A stretch of 64,000 bases of DNA from an uncultured Bacteroidales bacterium. Its GTDB lineage: Bacteria; Bacteroidota; Bacteroidia; Bacteroidales; VadinHA17. Where the stretch lies: NCBI GenBank assembly GCA_963732365.1, contig CAVSZC010000003.1:66518-130517 (forward strand), given 5' to 3'. The notes under the pieces were generated by a model. The model searched no databases, was not told the origin of the DNA, and worked only from the letters and a program-made list of their open reading frames with translations. Both the position numbers and the translations under genes were made by a program. This document shows positions 18,216 through 26,584 of the stretch, piece after piece; the first letter of the stretch is position 1, and every line of letters starts with the position of its first letter.

Positions 18216-19846
18216 GAAATCTCCTGTTGCCATTACTGGCCATCATCCTGCTGGCATATTCATATTCATGTTCAGGACCGGAAGGGTATGAGAAAGCTGC
18301 AGCAACAATAAGCGCAGAGGAACTGCGCGAATATACAATGACACTGGGCTCTGACAGCTTCATGGGACGCAAGCCGTTCACGGAGGGAGAGACAATAACT
18401 GTCAACTACCTGGCGGAAGAGCTTGGGAAAATTGGCTTCGAACCTCTGTTCGGTGACAGCTGGTTCCAGAGTGTTCCGATGGTTGAGATATCGACTGTGG
18501 TGACAGGACCGGTGACTATTGAGACAGGTAACGGATCCATCACATTCATTGCTCCCGATGACATTGCAATAGAGTCACCGTCAATGAACCAGGTCGTTGA
18601 CCTGAAGGCACTCCCCATGGTATTCTGCGGCTTCGGCATCGTAGCCCCGGAGTATGGATGGGACGACTACCGCAACGTCGATGTAAGGGACAAATGTGTC
18701 GTGGTGCTCGTCAATGACCCCGGATTATACTCCGGTGACACCTCTCTCTTCAGGGGAAGATCAATGACGTGGTACGGCCGGTGGACTTACAAATATGAAG
18801 AGGCTGCCCGCCAGGGAGCAAAGGCGATACTGATAATACACGAGACCCTTGGTGCCGGTTATGACTATTCAATACCGCGCAAGAGCTCTATCACATCGAG
18901 TCTTTACATGGAACAGAAGGAGGGTGATATACCACCCTGCGAGATGACAGGATGGCTTCACGCTTCTGCTGCCGAAAGGCTGTTCGGAATGCTCGGTTAT
19001 GATGTCGCTAAGCTCCGCACGGAGGCCTGCTCAAGGGAGTTCAAAGGGTTTGAAATGAAGGCAGGTATAACCGCCCGGCTGGCGAATACACAGACACGTA
19101 ACACCTCTGTCAACGTGGCAGGTATCCTTCGGGGAAGCAGCAGACCGGAGGATTGTGTTGTTGTAACCGGTCACTGGGATCACTTCGGTATCGGAGAAAA
19201 GGAGAACGGTGACTCAATATACAACGGAGCGGTGGATAACGGAACAACTATGGCATGGGCGTTTGAAATCGGCGAGGCCTTTGCATCCCTCGGCAAGAGG
19301 CCGGCAAGGTCAGTGATATTACTCTTCCCCACTGCCGAAGAACAGGGTCTGCTGGGATCATACTATTTTACTGCTAACCCGCCTGTCCCGCCCGAAAACA
19401 TGATAGCGTGCTTCAACAATGACATGATGCTTGCGATCGGCAGGATGAAAGATATCATGGTGACCGGCTACGGACAGTCTGACCTCGATGATATGCTGGC
19501 CTCGGCTGTTGAGAAACAGGACCGGTATATCCTTCCTGACCCTGCGCCGGAGACAGGCATGTATTTCAGATCAGATCATTTTCCCTTCGCACGCATCGGT
19601 GTCCCCTCACTCTTTGCCAGGGGCAACTGCGACAGCAGGGAAAACGGAAGAGAATGGGCTGCTGCACGGGAAAAGGAATACCTGACAACAATGTATCACA
19701 AGCCGGCTGACAATTACTACCCTGAGATGAACTTTGATGGTATCGCCGAAGATGCTGCTGCTACCTTTGAGGTTGCGTGGCGCATCGCAACAAGTGACGT
19801 CAGGCCTGCCTGGAAGAGTATGTCTGAATTTGCAAAAGCAAGATAA
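18212..19846 (+). CDS. M28-family aminopeptidase with PA domain (lipoprotein-like)
   Basis: Its start overlaps the pepT stop as ATGA. M28 metal-ligand blocks are present: GHWDHFG, VDNGTT, AEEQGLLGS and SDHFPF. Confidence 0.8.
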   Translation: MRNLLLPLLAIILLAYSYSCSGPEGYEKAAATISAEELREYTMTLGSDSFMGRKPFTEGETITVNYLAEELGKIGFEPLFGDSWFQSVPMVEISTVVTGPVTIETGNGSITFIAPDDIAIESPSMNQVVDLKALPMVFCGFGIVAPEYGWDDYRNVDVRDKCVVVLVNDPGLYSGDTSLFRGRSMTWYGRWTYKYEEAARQGAKAILIIHETLGAGYDYSIPRKSSITSSLYMEQKEGDIPPCEMTGWLHASAAERLFGMLGYDVAKLRTEACSREFKGFEMKAGITARLANTQTRNTSVNVAGILRGSSRPEDCVVVTGHWDHFGIGEKENGDSIYNGAVDNGTTMAWAFEIGEAFASLGKRPARSVILLFPTAEEQGLLGSYYFTANPPVPPENMIACFNNDMMLAIGRMKDIMVTGYGQSDLDDMLASAVEKQDRYILPDPAPETGMYFRSDHFPFARIGVPSLFARGNCDSRENGREWAAAREKEYLTTMYHKPADNYYPEMNFDGIAEDAAATFEVAWRIATSDVRPAWKSMSEFAKAR

Positions 19847-20044
19847 ACAGTTAATTAATATAAGTAATCATACATCCCGCTAAACTTGATGATGTGTAGT
19901 TTGTTATTTTATTAACACTGTTATTGTTTTAACAATATTTAATATATTTGCATCGGATTTCTGCCGTTTTGCCCTGCTATTCTTACAGAATATATGTCAG
20001 CAACCGGCATGATAATAATTAGGATTTAAATAATTTAAGAAGAA

Positions 20045-20052
20045 TAAGTTTG
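20045..20052 (+). promoter_or_regulatory. candidate -7 box (TAAGTTTG) for the hydrogenase operon
   Basis: It matches TAnnTTTG, ends 49 nt upstream of the ATG at 20102, and lies in a 255-bp AT-rich gap. Confidence 0.3.
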
Positions 20053-20101
20053 CGGACGAATTGTTATAAGGAACAAACTAATAATCAGTTATAATACGAT
20101 C

Positions 20102-20494
20102 ATGGGAAAACTTAAATCACTTGCCGATTTAACTAAGATCCGGGAAGAGTCGAAGCACAGGATCGCGGTTCGCGCAAAAAGCGACAGTCCTGAAGGGCTC
20201 GTGCAGGTCAGGGTGGCAATGGCTACCTGTGGCATGGCTGCCGGTGCCAGGACGATCATGGACTTTTTTGCCGATGAGCTTGACAAGAGAGGCATTGGAG
20301 CCATAGTGACCCCGACAGGCTGCATGAGCTACTGCTACGCCGAGCCTACCGTGGAGGTACAGCTGCCCGGCACTGAGCCGGTGGTATATGGCTTTGTCGA
20401 CCTGAAAAGGGCCGATGAGATCATTGAGAAGTACATCAAGAATGGCGAGCTGGTTGAGGGGATTATCCCCGTCAATTATGAAACGATTGATTAA
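20102..20494 (+). CDS. small thioredoxin-like [2Fe-2S] ferredoxin-fold subunit (HndB-like)
   Basis: It is 130 aa with the family blocks VAMATCGMAAGA and PTGCMSYCYAEP. It is the first gene of the hydrogenase operon and contains only three Cys. Confidence 0.6.
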   Translation: MGKLKSLADLTKIREESKHRIAVRAKSDSPEGLVQVRVAMATCGMAAGARTIMDFFADELDKRGIGAIVTPTGCMSYCYAEPTVEVQLPGTEPVVYGFVDLKRADEIIEKYIKNGELVEGIIPVNYETID

Positions 20495-20515
20495 CTGTCA
20501 GGGAGGAAAAAAACA

Positions 20516-22309
20516 ATGGCAAAGTTCAGAATGCACCTTCTTGTATGCGGCGGATCAACCTGCCGCACATCAGAAAGCGATCTCATCGCTGAGAGCCTCA
20601 GGAGAGAGATTGAAGAAAAAGGGCTGCAGGCAGAGGTACAGGTCATCATGACCGGCTGTTTCGGCCTGTGCGGCAAAGGCCCTGTTGTCAGGGTCATGCC
20701 TGACAACACGTTTTATGTCAGGGTGAAACCTGAAGACGCCCATGTCATTGTTGCGGAGCATGTGATAAAAGGCAGGCGGGTACAGAGACTCCTTTATGCC
20801 GGGACTGCCGGTAAGGAACCTGTCAGCGACCCGAAAAATAACGGTTTTCATCGTAAGCAGGTACGGATTGCACTGCGTAACTGCGGCTTCATCAACCCTG
20901 AGGATATAGATGAGTACATTGCACGTGACGGTTATGCCGCACTGGGCAAGTGTCTCACTGAGATGAACCCGGCACAGGTGGTTGAGCAGATCAAGCTGTC
21001 AGGCCTCCGCGGCCGCGGCGGCGGCGGGTTCCCAACCGGACTTAAGTGGGAGATCGCCTCACGAAACAAGGCAGACCAGAAATATGTAGTATGCAATGCT
21101 GACGAGGGTGACCCGGGAGCATTCATGGACAGATCAGTGCTTGAGGGTGACCCCCACTCCGTCCTTGAAGCAATGGCTATCTGCGGCTATGCTATAGGCG
21201 CAACGAAAGGACTGATATATATACGTGCCGAATATCCGCTTGCCATTCAGCGCCTCAAGACGGCGATAAAACAGGCACGCGATTACGGTCTGCTTGGAGA
21301 ACAGATACTCGGCACCAGCTTCATGTTCGATATTGAGATGAGATACGGTGCCGGCGCATTCGTCTGCGGTGAGGAGACGGCTCTGATCCATTCCATGGAA
21401 GGCGAAAGAGGCGAACCGACGAACAAACCGCCCTTCCCGGCAGAGAGCGGCTTCCTGGGCAAACCAACCAACGTGAATAACGTGGAGACCCTGGCAAGCG
21501 TGCCGGTAATCATCAACAAAGGTGCCGGATGGTTCTCATCCATCGGTACGGAGAAATCCAAAGGGACGAAGGTGTTCGCACTGGCGGGCAAGATCAATAA
21601 TGTGGGTCTTATCGAGGTGCCTATGGGTACCACACTGCGCGAAGTGATCTTCGAGATAGGCGGAGGGATAAAAAACGGGAGAAAATTCAAGGCTGTGCAG
21701 ACAGGCGGACCATCCGGAGGATGTCTTACCGAAAAACATCTTGACATAGCCATAGACTTCGACAACCTGATTGCTGCCGGTTCAATGATGGGCTCAGGTG
21801 GTATGATAGTAATGGATGAGGATGACTGCATGGTCTCCGTTGCAAAGTTTTTCCTCGAGTTCACGGTTGAAGAGTCATGCGGCAAATGTTCTCCCTGCCG
21901 GATAGGAAACAAGAGGCTGCATGAGCTTCTTACACACATCACCAAGGGCAACGGAACGATGGCAGACCTTGACAGGCTGAGGAACATGAGCCTGGTCATC
22001 AAAGACACCTCACTGTGCGGACTGGGGCAGAGCTCTCCCAATCCAGTCCTTTCTACGCTTGCCAACTTCATGGATGAGTATGTGGCTCACGTGTCAGAGA
22101 AGAAGTGCCCCTCAGGGCAGTGCCGTGACCTGATGCGTTACACTATCATAGATGACAAATGTGTGGGCTGCACTGCCTGCGCCAGAGCCTGTCCGGTTAA
22201 CGCCATCAGCGGAGAACGCAAAGAGGTTCATTTCATTGACCAGGATAAATGTATCAAGTGCGGTGCCTGCTTTGAGAAGTGCAAATTCGCCGCCGTGCTA
22301 ATCAACTAA
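20516..22309 (+). CDS. hydB: NuoF-like NAD(P)H-binding flavoprotein subunit of bifurcating [FeFe]-hydrogenase (HydB/HndC)
   Basis: The N-terminal Trx-like 2Fe-2S domain has CGGSTC...CFGLC. It has the FMN/NADH block GRGGGGFPTG, the 4Fe-4S motif ESCGKCSPCR, and two C-terminal ferredoxin CxxCxxCxxxCP motifs. Confidence 0.85.
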   Translation: MAKFRMHLLVCGGSTCRTSESDLIAESLRREIEEKGLQAEVQVIMTGCFGLCGKGPVVRVMPDNTFYVRVKPEDAHVIVAEHVIKGRRVQRLLYAGTAGKEPVSDPKNNGFHRKQVRIALRNCGFINPEDIDEYIARDGYAALGKCLTEMNPAQVVEQIKLSGLRGRGGGGFPTGLKWEIASRNKADQKYVVCNADEGDPGAFMDRSVLEGDPHSVLEAMAICGYAIGATKGLIYIRAEYPLAIQRLKTAIKQARDYGLLGEQILGTSFMFDIEMRYGAGAFVCGEETALIHSMEGERGEPTNKPPFPAESGFLGKPTNVNNVETLASVPVIINKGAGWFSSIGTEKSKGTKVFALAGKINNVGLIEVPMGTTLREVIFEIGGGIKNGRKFKAVQTGGPSGGCLTEKHLDIAIDFDNLIAAGSMMGSGGMIVMDEDDCMVSVAKFFLEFTVEESCGKCSPCRIGNKRLHELLTHITKGNGTMADLDRLRNMSLVIKDTSLCGLGQSSPNPVLSTLANFMDEYVAHVSEKKCPSGQCRDLMRYTIIDDKCVGCTACARACPVNAISGERKEVHFIDQDKCIKCGACFEKCKFAAVLIN

Positions 22310-22327
22310 ACGACAGGGAGATTGAAG

Positions 22328-24106
22328 ATGGAAACAGTGAATCTTACGATAGACAACAAACAGATAGCAGTAGAGAAGGGAACGACCCTCCTCAAGGCGG
22401 CACACCGTCTGGGGGTGGAGATACCCACTCTCTGCCACATGGAGCTCCATGATCTGAATATTGAAAACAAACCCGGCGGATGCAGAATATGTGTTGTTGA
22501 GGTCCAGGGAAGACGCAACCTCGCTCCTGCCTGTATAACGAAGTGCGAAGAGGGAATGACCATTAAAACGCATAACGCGAGGGTACTTAATGCACGCAGG
22601 ACGGTAATGGAGTTCATCCTCTCGGATCATCCCAAGGACTGCCTGATATGCCCCAAGTCAGGTCACTGTGACCTGCAGGATATGGCCAACAGGCTGGGCA
22701 TAAGGGAGATACCCGGACAGGATATTGCAGCGATGTCGACCTACCGTAAAGACACCTCTCCCTCGATAATCAGGGAGCTTGACAAGTGCATCATGTGCCG
22801 CAGGTGCGAGATGATGTGCAACGAAGTACAGACCGTGGGAGCCCTGTCAGCCGTTAACAGGGGCTTCATGGCCGTTGTGGCCCCGGCATTCGAGCAGAAC
22901 CTCGAATACTCACCGTGTACCTATTGCGGGCAGTGTGTGGCAGTGTGCCCGACAGGCGCACTGACAGAGGTTGACCATACGCGCGACGTACTGAGAGCGC
23001 TCGTCGACCCGTCAAAGACTGTGGTGGTGCAGACAGCACCGGCAGTGCGCGCTGCCCTCGGAGAAGAGTTCGGAATGAAACCCGGTACACTCGTCACAGG
23101 AAAACTCGTTGCCGCACTGAAAGCTCTCGGCTTTGACTATGTCTTCGATACCGACTTCGCAGCTGACCTCACAATCATGGAAGAGGGAACAGAGCTGCTA
23201 ACCAGGCTGGGTAAGCACCTCAATGGTGACAAGGATGCCAATATCCCTATCCTTACCTCATGCTGCCCCGGATGGGTCAACTTCTTTGAGCACAACTACC
23301 CTGAACTGAAAGACGTCCCCTCCACAGCCAAATCGCCCCAGCAGATGTTCGGCGCAATAGCGAAGACATACTTTGCAGATAAGATCAATATTAAACGTCA
23401 GGATATGGTCGTGGTGTCAATCATGCCCTGCCTGGCCAAGAAATATGAGAGTCAGAGACCAGAGTTTTCCGTTGACGGCAATCCTGACGTTGATTTTTCT
23501 ATATCGACGCGTGAACTGGCAGCATTCATCAAACAGGCTAACATTGACTTTAACGACCTGCCTGACACGGACTTTGACAGGCCTCTCGGAGAATCATCAG
23601 GTGCAGCAGTCATCTTCGGCAACACGGGCGGTGTTATAGAGGCAGCTGTGCGTACCGCATATGAAATTTATACCGGAAAGAAACTGAGCCGGCTCGACTT
23701 TACTGAACTGAGAGGCATGGAGGGTGTCAGACAGGCAACCATCGATTTTGACGGCTTCCCCCTCAGCATCGGCATTGCACACGGACTTGGCAATGCGCGC
23801 AAGCTGCTTGACGAGGTCAAAGCCGGAAGATCAAAATTCCACGCCATAGAGGTCATGGCCTGCCCGGGCGGATGCATCGGCGGCGGCGGACAGCCTCTGC
23901 ACCATGGCGACTCTTCAATACTGAAGGCCAGGGCAAAGGCAATCTATGAAGAAGATAAGAACAAACCCATAAGGGTATCGCATGAGAACCCATATATCCT
24001 TCAGCTCTACAAGGAGTTCCTCGGTGAGCCTAACAGCGAGAAGGCACATCACCTCCTCCATACACATTACTTTGACAGGAAGGCGAAGATCATCATCAAA
24101 AAGTGA
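22328..24106 (+). CDS. hydA: [FeFe]-hydrogenase catalytic subunit (group A3 type)
   Basis: The start is set at the ATG at 22328, because the ORF-track start at 22322 is a TTG. N-terminal 2Fe-2S and 4Fe-4S domains are present. H-cluster motifs are TSCCPGW, IMPCLAKKYE and EVMACPGGCIGGGGQP. Confidence 0.9.
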   Translation: METVNLTIDNKQIAVEKGTTLLKAAHRLGVEIPTLCHMELHDLNIENKPGGCRICVVEVQGRRNLAPACITKCEEGMTIKTHNARVLNARRTVMEFILSDHPKDCLICPKSGHCDLQDMANRLGIREIPGQDIAAMSTYRKDTSPSIIRELDKCIMCRRCEMMCNEVQTVGALSAVNRGFMAVVAPAFEQNLEYSPCTYCGQCVAVCPTGALTEVDHTRDVLRALVDPSKTVVVQTAPAVRAALGEEFGMKPGTLVTGKLVAALKALGFDYVFDTDFAADLTIMEEGTELLTRLGKHLNGDKDANIPILTSCCPGWVNFFEHNYPELKDVPSTAKSPQQMFGAIAKTYFADKINIKRQDMVVVSIMPCLAKKYESQRPEFSVDGNPDVDFSISTRELAAFIKQANIDFNDLPDTDFDRPLGESSGAAVIFGNTGGVIEAAVRTAYEIYTGKKLSRLDFTELRGMEGVRQATIDFDGFPLSIGIAHGLGNARKLLDEVKAGRSKFHAIEVMACPGGCIGGGGQPLHHGDSSILKARAKAIYEEDKNKPIRVSHENPYILQLYKEFLGEPNSEKAHHLLHTHYFDRKAKIIIKK

Positions 24107-24139
24107 GAAAAGTAATTTAACTATCTAAAATTCAAAGAG

Positions 24140-24622
24140 ATGTCAAGTATAAAGATAGAACTAAGAAAAGAGGATGTTGATAAGATCACTGAGATATGTG
24201 ATTCATTCAGTAATGAACCCCTTGAGCTTATAAATGTACTTCACAAATGCCAGGAACATTTCGGGTATCTTCCTGCCGAGGTGCAGGAGGTCGTAGCCTC
24301 GAGGCTGAATGTGTCAACGGCAAGAGTGTACGGTGTTGTCACCTTTTACTCATTCTTCACTATGACGCCCAAGGGCAGGCACCCGATAAGCATCTGCATG
24401 GGTACGGCCTGTTACGTCAGGGGTGCCGAGAAGGTGCTTGATGAATTCAAGAAGGAGCTGGCCGTATCGGTTGGCCAGACAACCCCCGACGGCAAATTCT
24501 CTCTCTCGAGCCTTCGCTGTGTTGGAGCATGCGGTCTGGCTCCGGTGGTTCTCGTTGGCGACAAGACCTACGGCAGGGTAGCTCCTGATGATGTAAAGGC
24601 TATACTGAAGGAATACGAATAG
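24140..24622 (+). CDS. hydC: NuoE-like [2Fe-2S] subunit (HydC/HndA)
   Basis: It is 160 aa and has the Cx4C...Cx3C ligand pattern (CMGTAC ... CVGAC) of NuoE-type thioredoxin-like ferredoxins. Confidence 0.85.
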   Translation: MSSIKIELRKEDVDKITEICDSFSNEPLELINVLHKCQEHFGYLPAEVQEVVASRLNVSTARVYGVVTFYSFFTMTPKGRHPISICMGTACYVRGAEKVLDEFKKELAVSVGQTTPDGKFSLSSLRCVGACGLAPVVLVGDKTYGRVAPDDVKAILKEYE

Positions 24623-24627
24623 CAAAG

Positions 24628-24662
24628 AAAAAAAAGAGGCCGGGTGACTGGCCTCTTTTTTT
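24628..24662. terminator. bidirectional rho-independent terminator
   Basis: It reads A8-AGAGGCCGG-GTGA-CTGGCCTCT-T6 and lies between the convergent hydC and ygiQ genes. Confidence 0.8.
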
Positions 24663-24737
24663 AGTCCTCAGTCTTCAGTTCTCAGTCTTCAGTTATGTAC
24701 TTGATAATCATTGATTAACAACTGCCGACTGCCGACT
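24663..24737. repeat. composite heptamer microsatellite element (copy 1)
   Basis: (AGTYYTC)x4.5 lies at 24663-24694, followed by a 27-nt AT-rich spacer and (CTGCCGA)x2 at 24722-24737. The element ends 2 nt from the ygiQ stop codon. Confidence 0.85.
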
Positions 24738-24739
24738 TT

Positions 24740-26509
24740 TTATCCCCGGCTGCTCCTCTTCCTGAAAAAGTATTCCTTCTGCCTCCTCTTCTCTGCCAGG
24801 TCACGGGCGACATAGACTTTTTTGCCGGTATACGGATCAAAACCAAGATAATACATTGCAGTGGCAAGGGTCATGGGTGTGGGTGTGAAATCCTGCACCT
24901 GCTCCGGATGCATCCCCAGCTCCTTAAGCTCACGTGCCAGTCCCGCCATCTTCTGATCCGTCGTACCCGGATGGGCGGAGATAAAATAGGGTATGAGCTC
25001 ATATTTGAGCCCGGCTGCCCGTACGATGGACTGGAACTTTTCCCGCAGCTTCCTGAAGTGTCTGAACGGGCTCTTGCGCATTAGCCAGAGGACCTCATCG
25101 TCAGTATGTTCAGGGGCTATCTTCAGCCTGCCACTGGTATGGTTTACTACCAGTTCGTGCAGATAGCGCTCCTCTGCCTTCCCGGCTGACGGATTGTACT
25201 CCCTGAACAGCAGGTCATACCTCACTCCGCTGCTGACAAATGCCTTTTTAATGTAGGGCAGTGAATTTACTTTCTGATACAGTGCTGTCAGATCGCGATG
25301 CGAAGTGTCCAGGTTATCGCACACCGATGGCCATATGCATGACGGCCGCGCGCATTTCTCGCATCGCTCCCTGTCCCTGCCTGCCATGCGGTACATGTTT
25401 GCCGACGGCCCTCCCAGGTCGCTCAGATAACCCTTAAAACCTTCCATCCTGCCTATACGCTCCACCTCCCTCAGTACGGAGGCCTCGGAGCGGCTGCTGA
25501 CGAACTTGCCCTGATGCGCCGCAATGGCACAGAAACTGCAACCCCCGAAACATCCCCGGTGTATGCTCACCGAGAATCTGATCATCTCCCAGGCAGGGAT
25601 TGGACCCTTCTTTGAATAGCGTGGGTGCGGTGCATAGTTGAACGGAAGGTCATATATAGCATCTGCCTCAGCCTCAGAGGCCACCGGATAAGGCGGGTTA
25701 ACCACCACAAGAGTGTCGCCGCAGGGTTCGATGAGCCTCACCGGCCTCCGGCTGTTGCTTGTCTTTTCAAAGAGGACAAAATTTTCTGCATAGGCTTTGC
25801 GTGATGACTTCGCCTCACTGCAGGAGTGCAGTAGTTTATCCTTGAAACCGGGTAACGGCGCCGGAGGCGCTGATGAAGGCCTGAGTATCACTGTCTGTGG
25901 AAGATCACATATTGTATCCAGCCTCTCCCCTCTCCTCATTCTCCCTGCAAGCTCCCTCACCGCCTTCTCGGCCATGCCGTAGACGAGCATGTCTGCTCCG
26001 GAGCTGACAAGTATTGACGGTTCGAGCGTGTCGCTCCAGTAATCGTAGTGCATCAGTCTCCTCATCGATGCCTCTATCCCTCCGATGACCACCGGAACGT
26101 CAGGGAAGAGCTTTTTCAATGCCCGTGTGTATACTGTTGTGGGGTAGTCCGGGCGGAACCCTGCCGCGCCGCCGGGTGAGTATGCATCATCGGAGCGCAG
26201 CCGGCGCGTGGCGGTGTAGTGATTGACCATCGAGTCCATATTGCCGGCGGTGACACCGAAGAAAAGCCGCGGAGCACCCAGCTTGCGGAAGTCGCGCAGA
26301 TCATCACGCCAGTTAGGCTGAGGCACCACCGCCACGCGCAGACCCTCTGACTCGAGCACCCTCGCAATCACGGCAGCACCAAAGGAGGGATGATCAATGT
26401 ATGCATCGCCGGTGAAGAGGATCACATCAGGAGAATCCCATCCCAGAGCCTCAACCTCCTTCTGTGAAGTCGGAAGCCATTTTTGCGAAATATTTTCCCT
26501 GATTTTCAC
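24740..26509 (-). CDS. ygiQ: YgiQ-family (UPF0313) radical SAM protein
   Basis: It has the CxxxCxxC motif (CFGGCSFC) and the YgiQ N- and C-terminal domains. Length is 589 aa and the start codon is GTG. Confidence 0.8.
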   Translation of the reverse strand: MKIRENISQKWLPTSQKEVEALGWDSPDVILFTGDAYIDHPSFGAAVIARVLESEGLRVAVVPQPNWRDDLRDFRKLGAPRLFFGVTAGNMDSMVNHYTATRRLRSDDAYSPGGAAGFRPDYPTTVYTRALKKLFPDVPVVIGGIEASMRRLMHYDYWSDTLEPSILVSSGADMLVYGMAEKAVRELAGRMRRGERLDTICDLPQTVILRPSSAPPAPLPGFKDKLLHSCSEAKSSRKAYAENFVLFEKTSNSRRPVRLIEPCGDTLVVVNPPYPVASEAEADAIYDLPFNYAPHPRYSKKGPIPAWEMIRFSVSIHRGCFGGCSFCAIAAHQGKFVSSRSEASVLREVERIGRMEGFKGYLSDLGGPSANMYRMAGRDRERCEKCARPSCIWPSVCDNLDTSHRDLTALYQKVNSLPYIKKAFVSSGVRYDLLFREYNPSAGKAEERYLHELVVNHTSGRLKIAPEHTDDEVLWLMRKSPFRHFRKLREKFQSIVRAAGLKYELIPYFISAHPGTTDQKMAGLARELKELGMHPEQVQDFTPTPMTLATAMYYLGFDPYTGKKVYVARDLAEKRRQKEYFFRKRSSRG

Positions 26510-26584
26510 TCTGCCAATTTACATATTATACCTAACTTGCTTTAATAAGTGCCATAAATCAGGTATCTTAATCATAATACCTAT

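Noticed and set aside
19943-19950. A second TAnnTTTG match (TATATTTG) upstream of the hydrogenase operon.
   Set aside because: It lies about 150 nt from the start codon. The match at 20045-20052 gives a more typical leader. Without TSS data I cannot choose with certainty, so only the proximal box is listed, at low confidence.
21283-22071. A long antisense ORF (262 aa) inside the NuoF-like gene. Similar shadow ORFs lie at 39052-39681, 36445-36966, 12020-12487 and 15051-15404.
   Set aside because: They lie opposite well-supported conserved genes, have low-complexity Ser/Pro/Arg-rich composition and carry no recognisable motifs. They are typical shadow ORFs.
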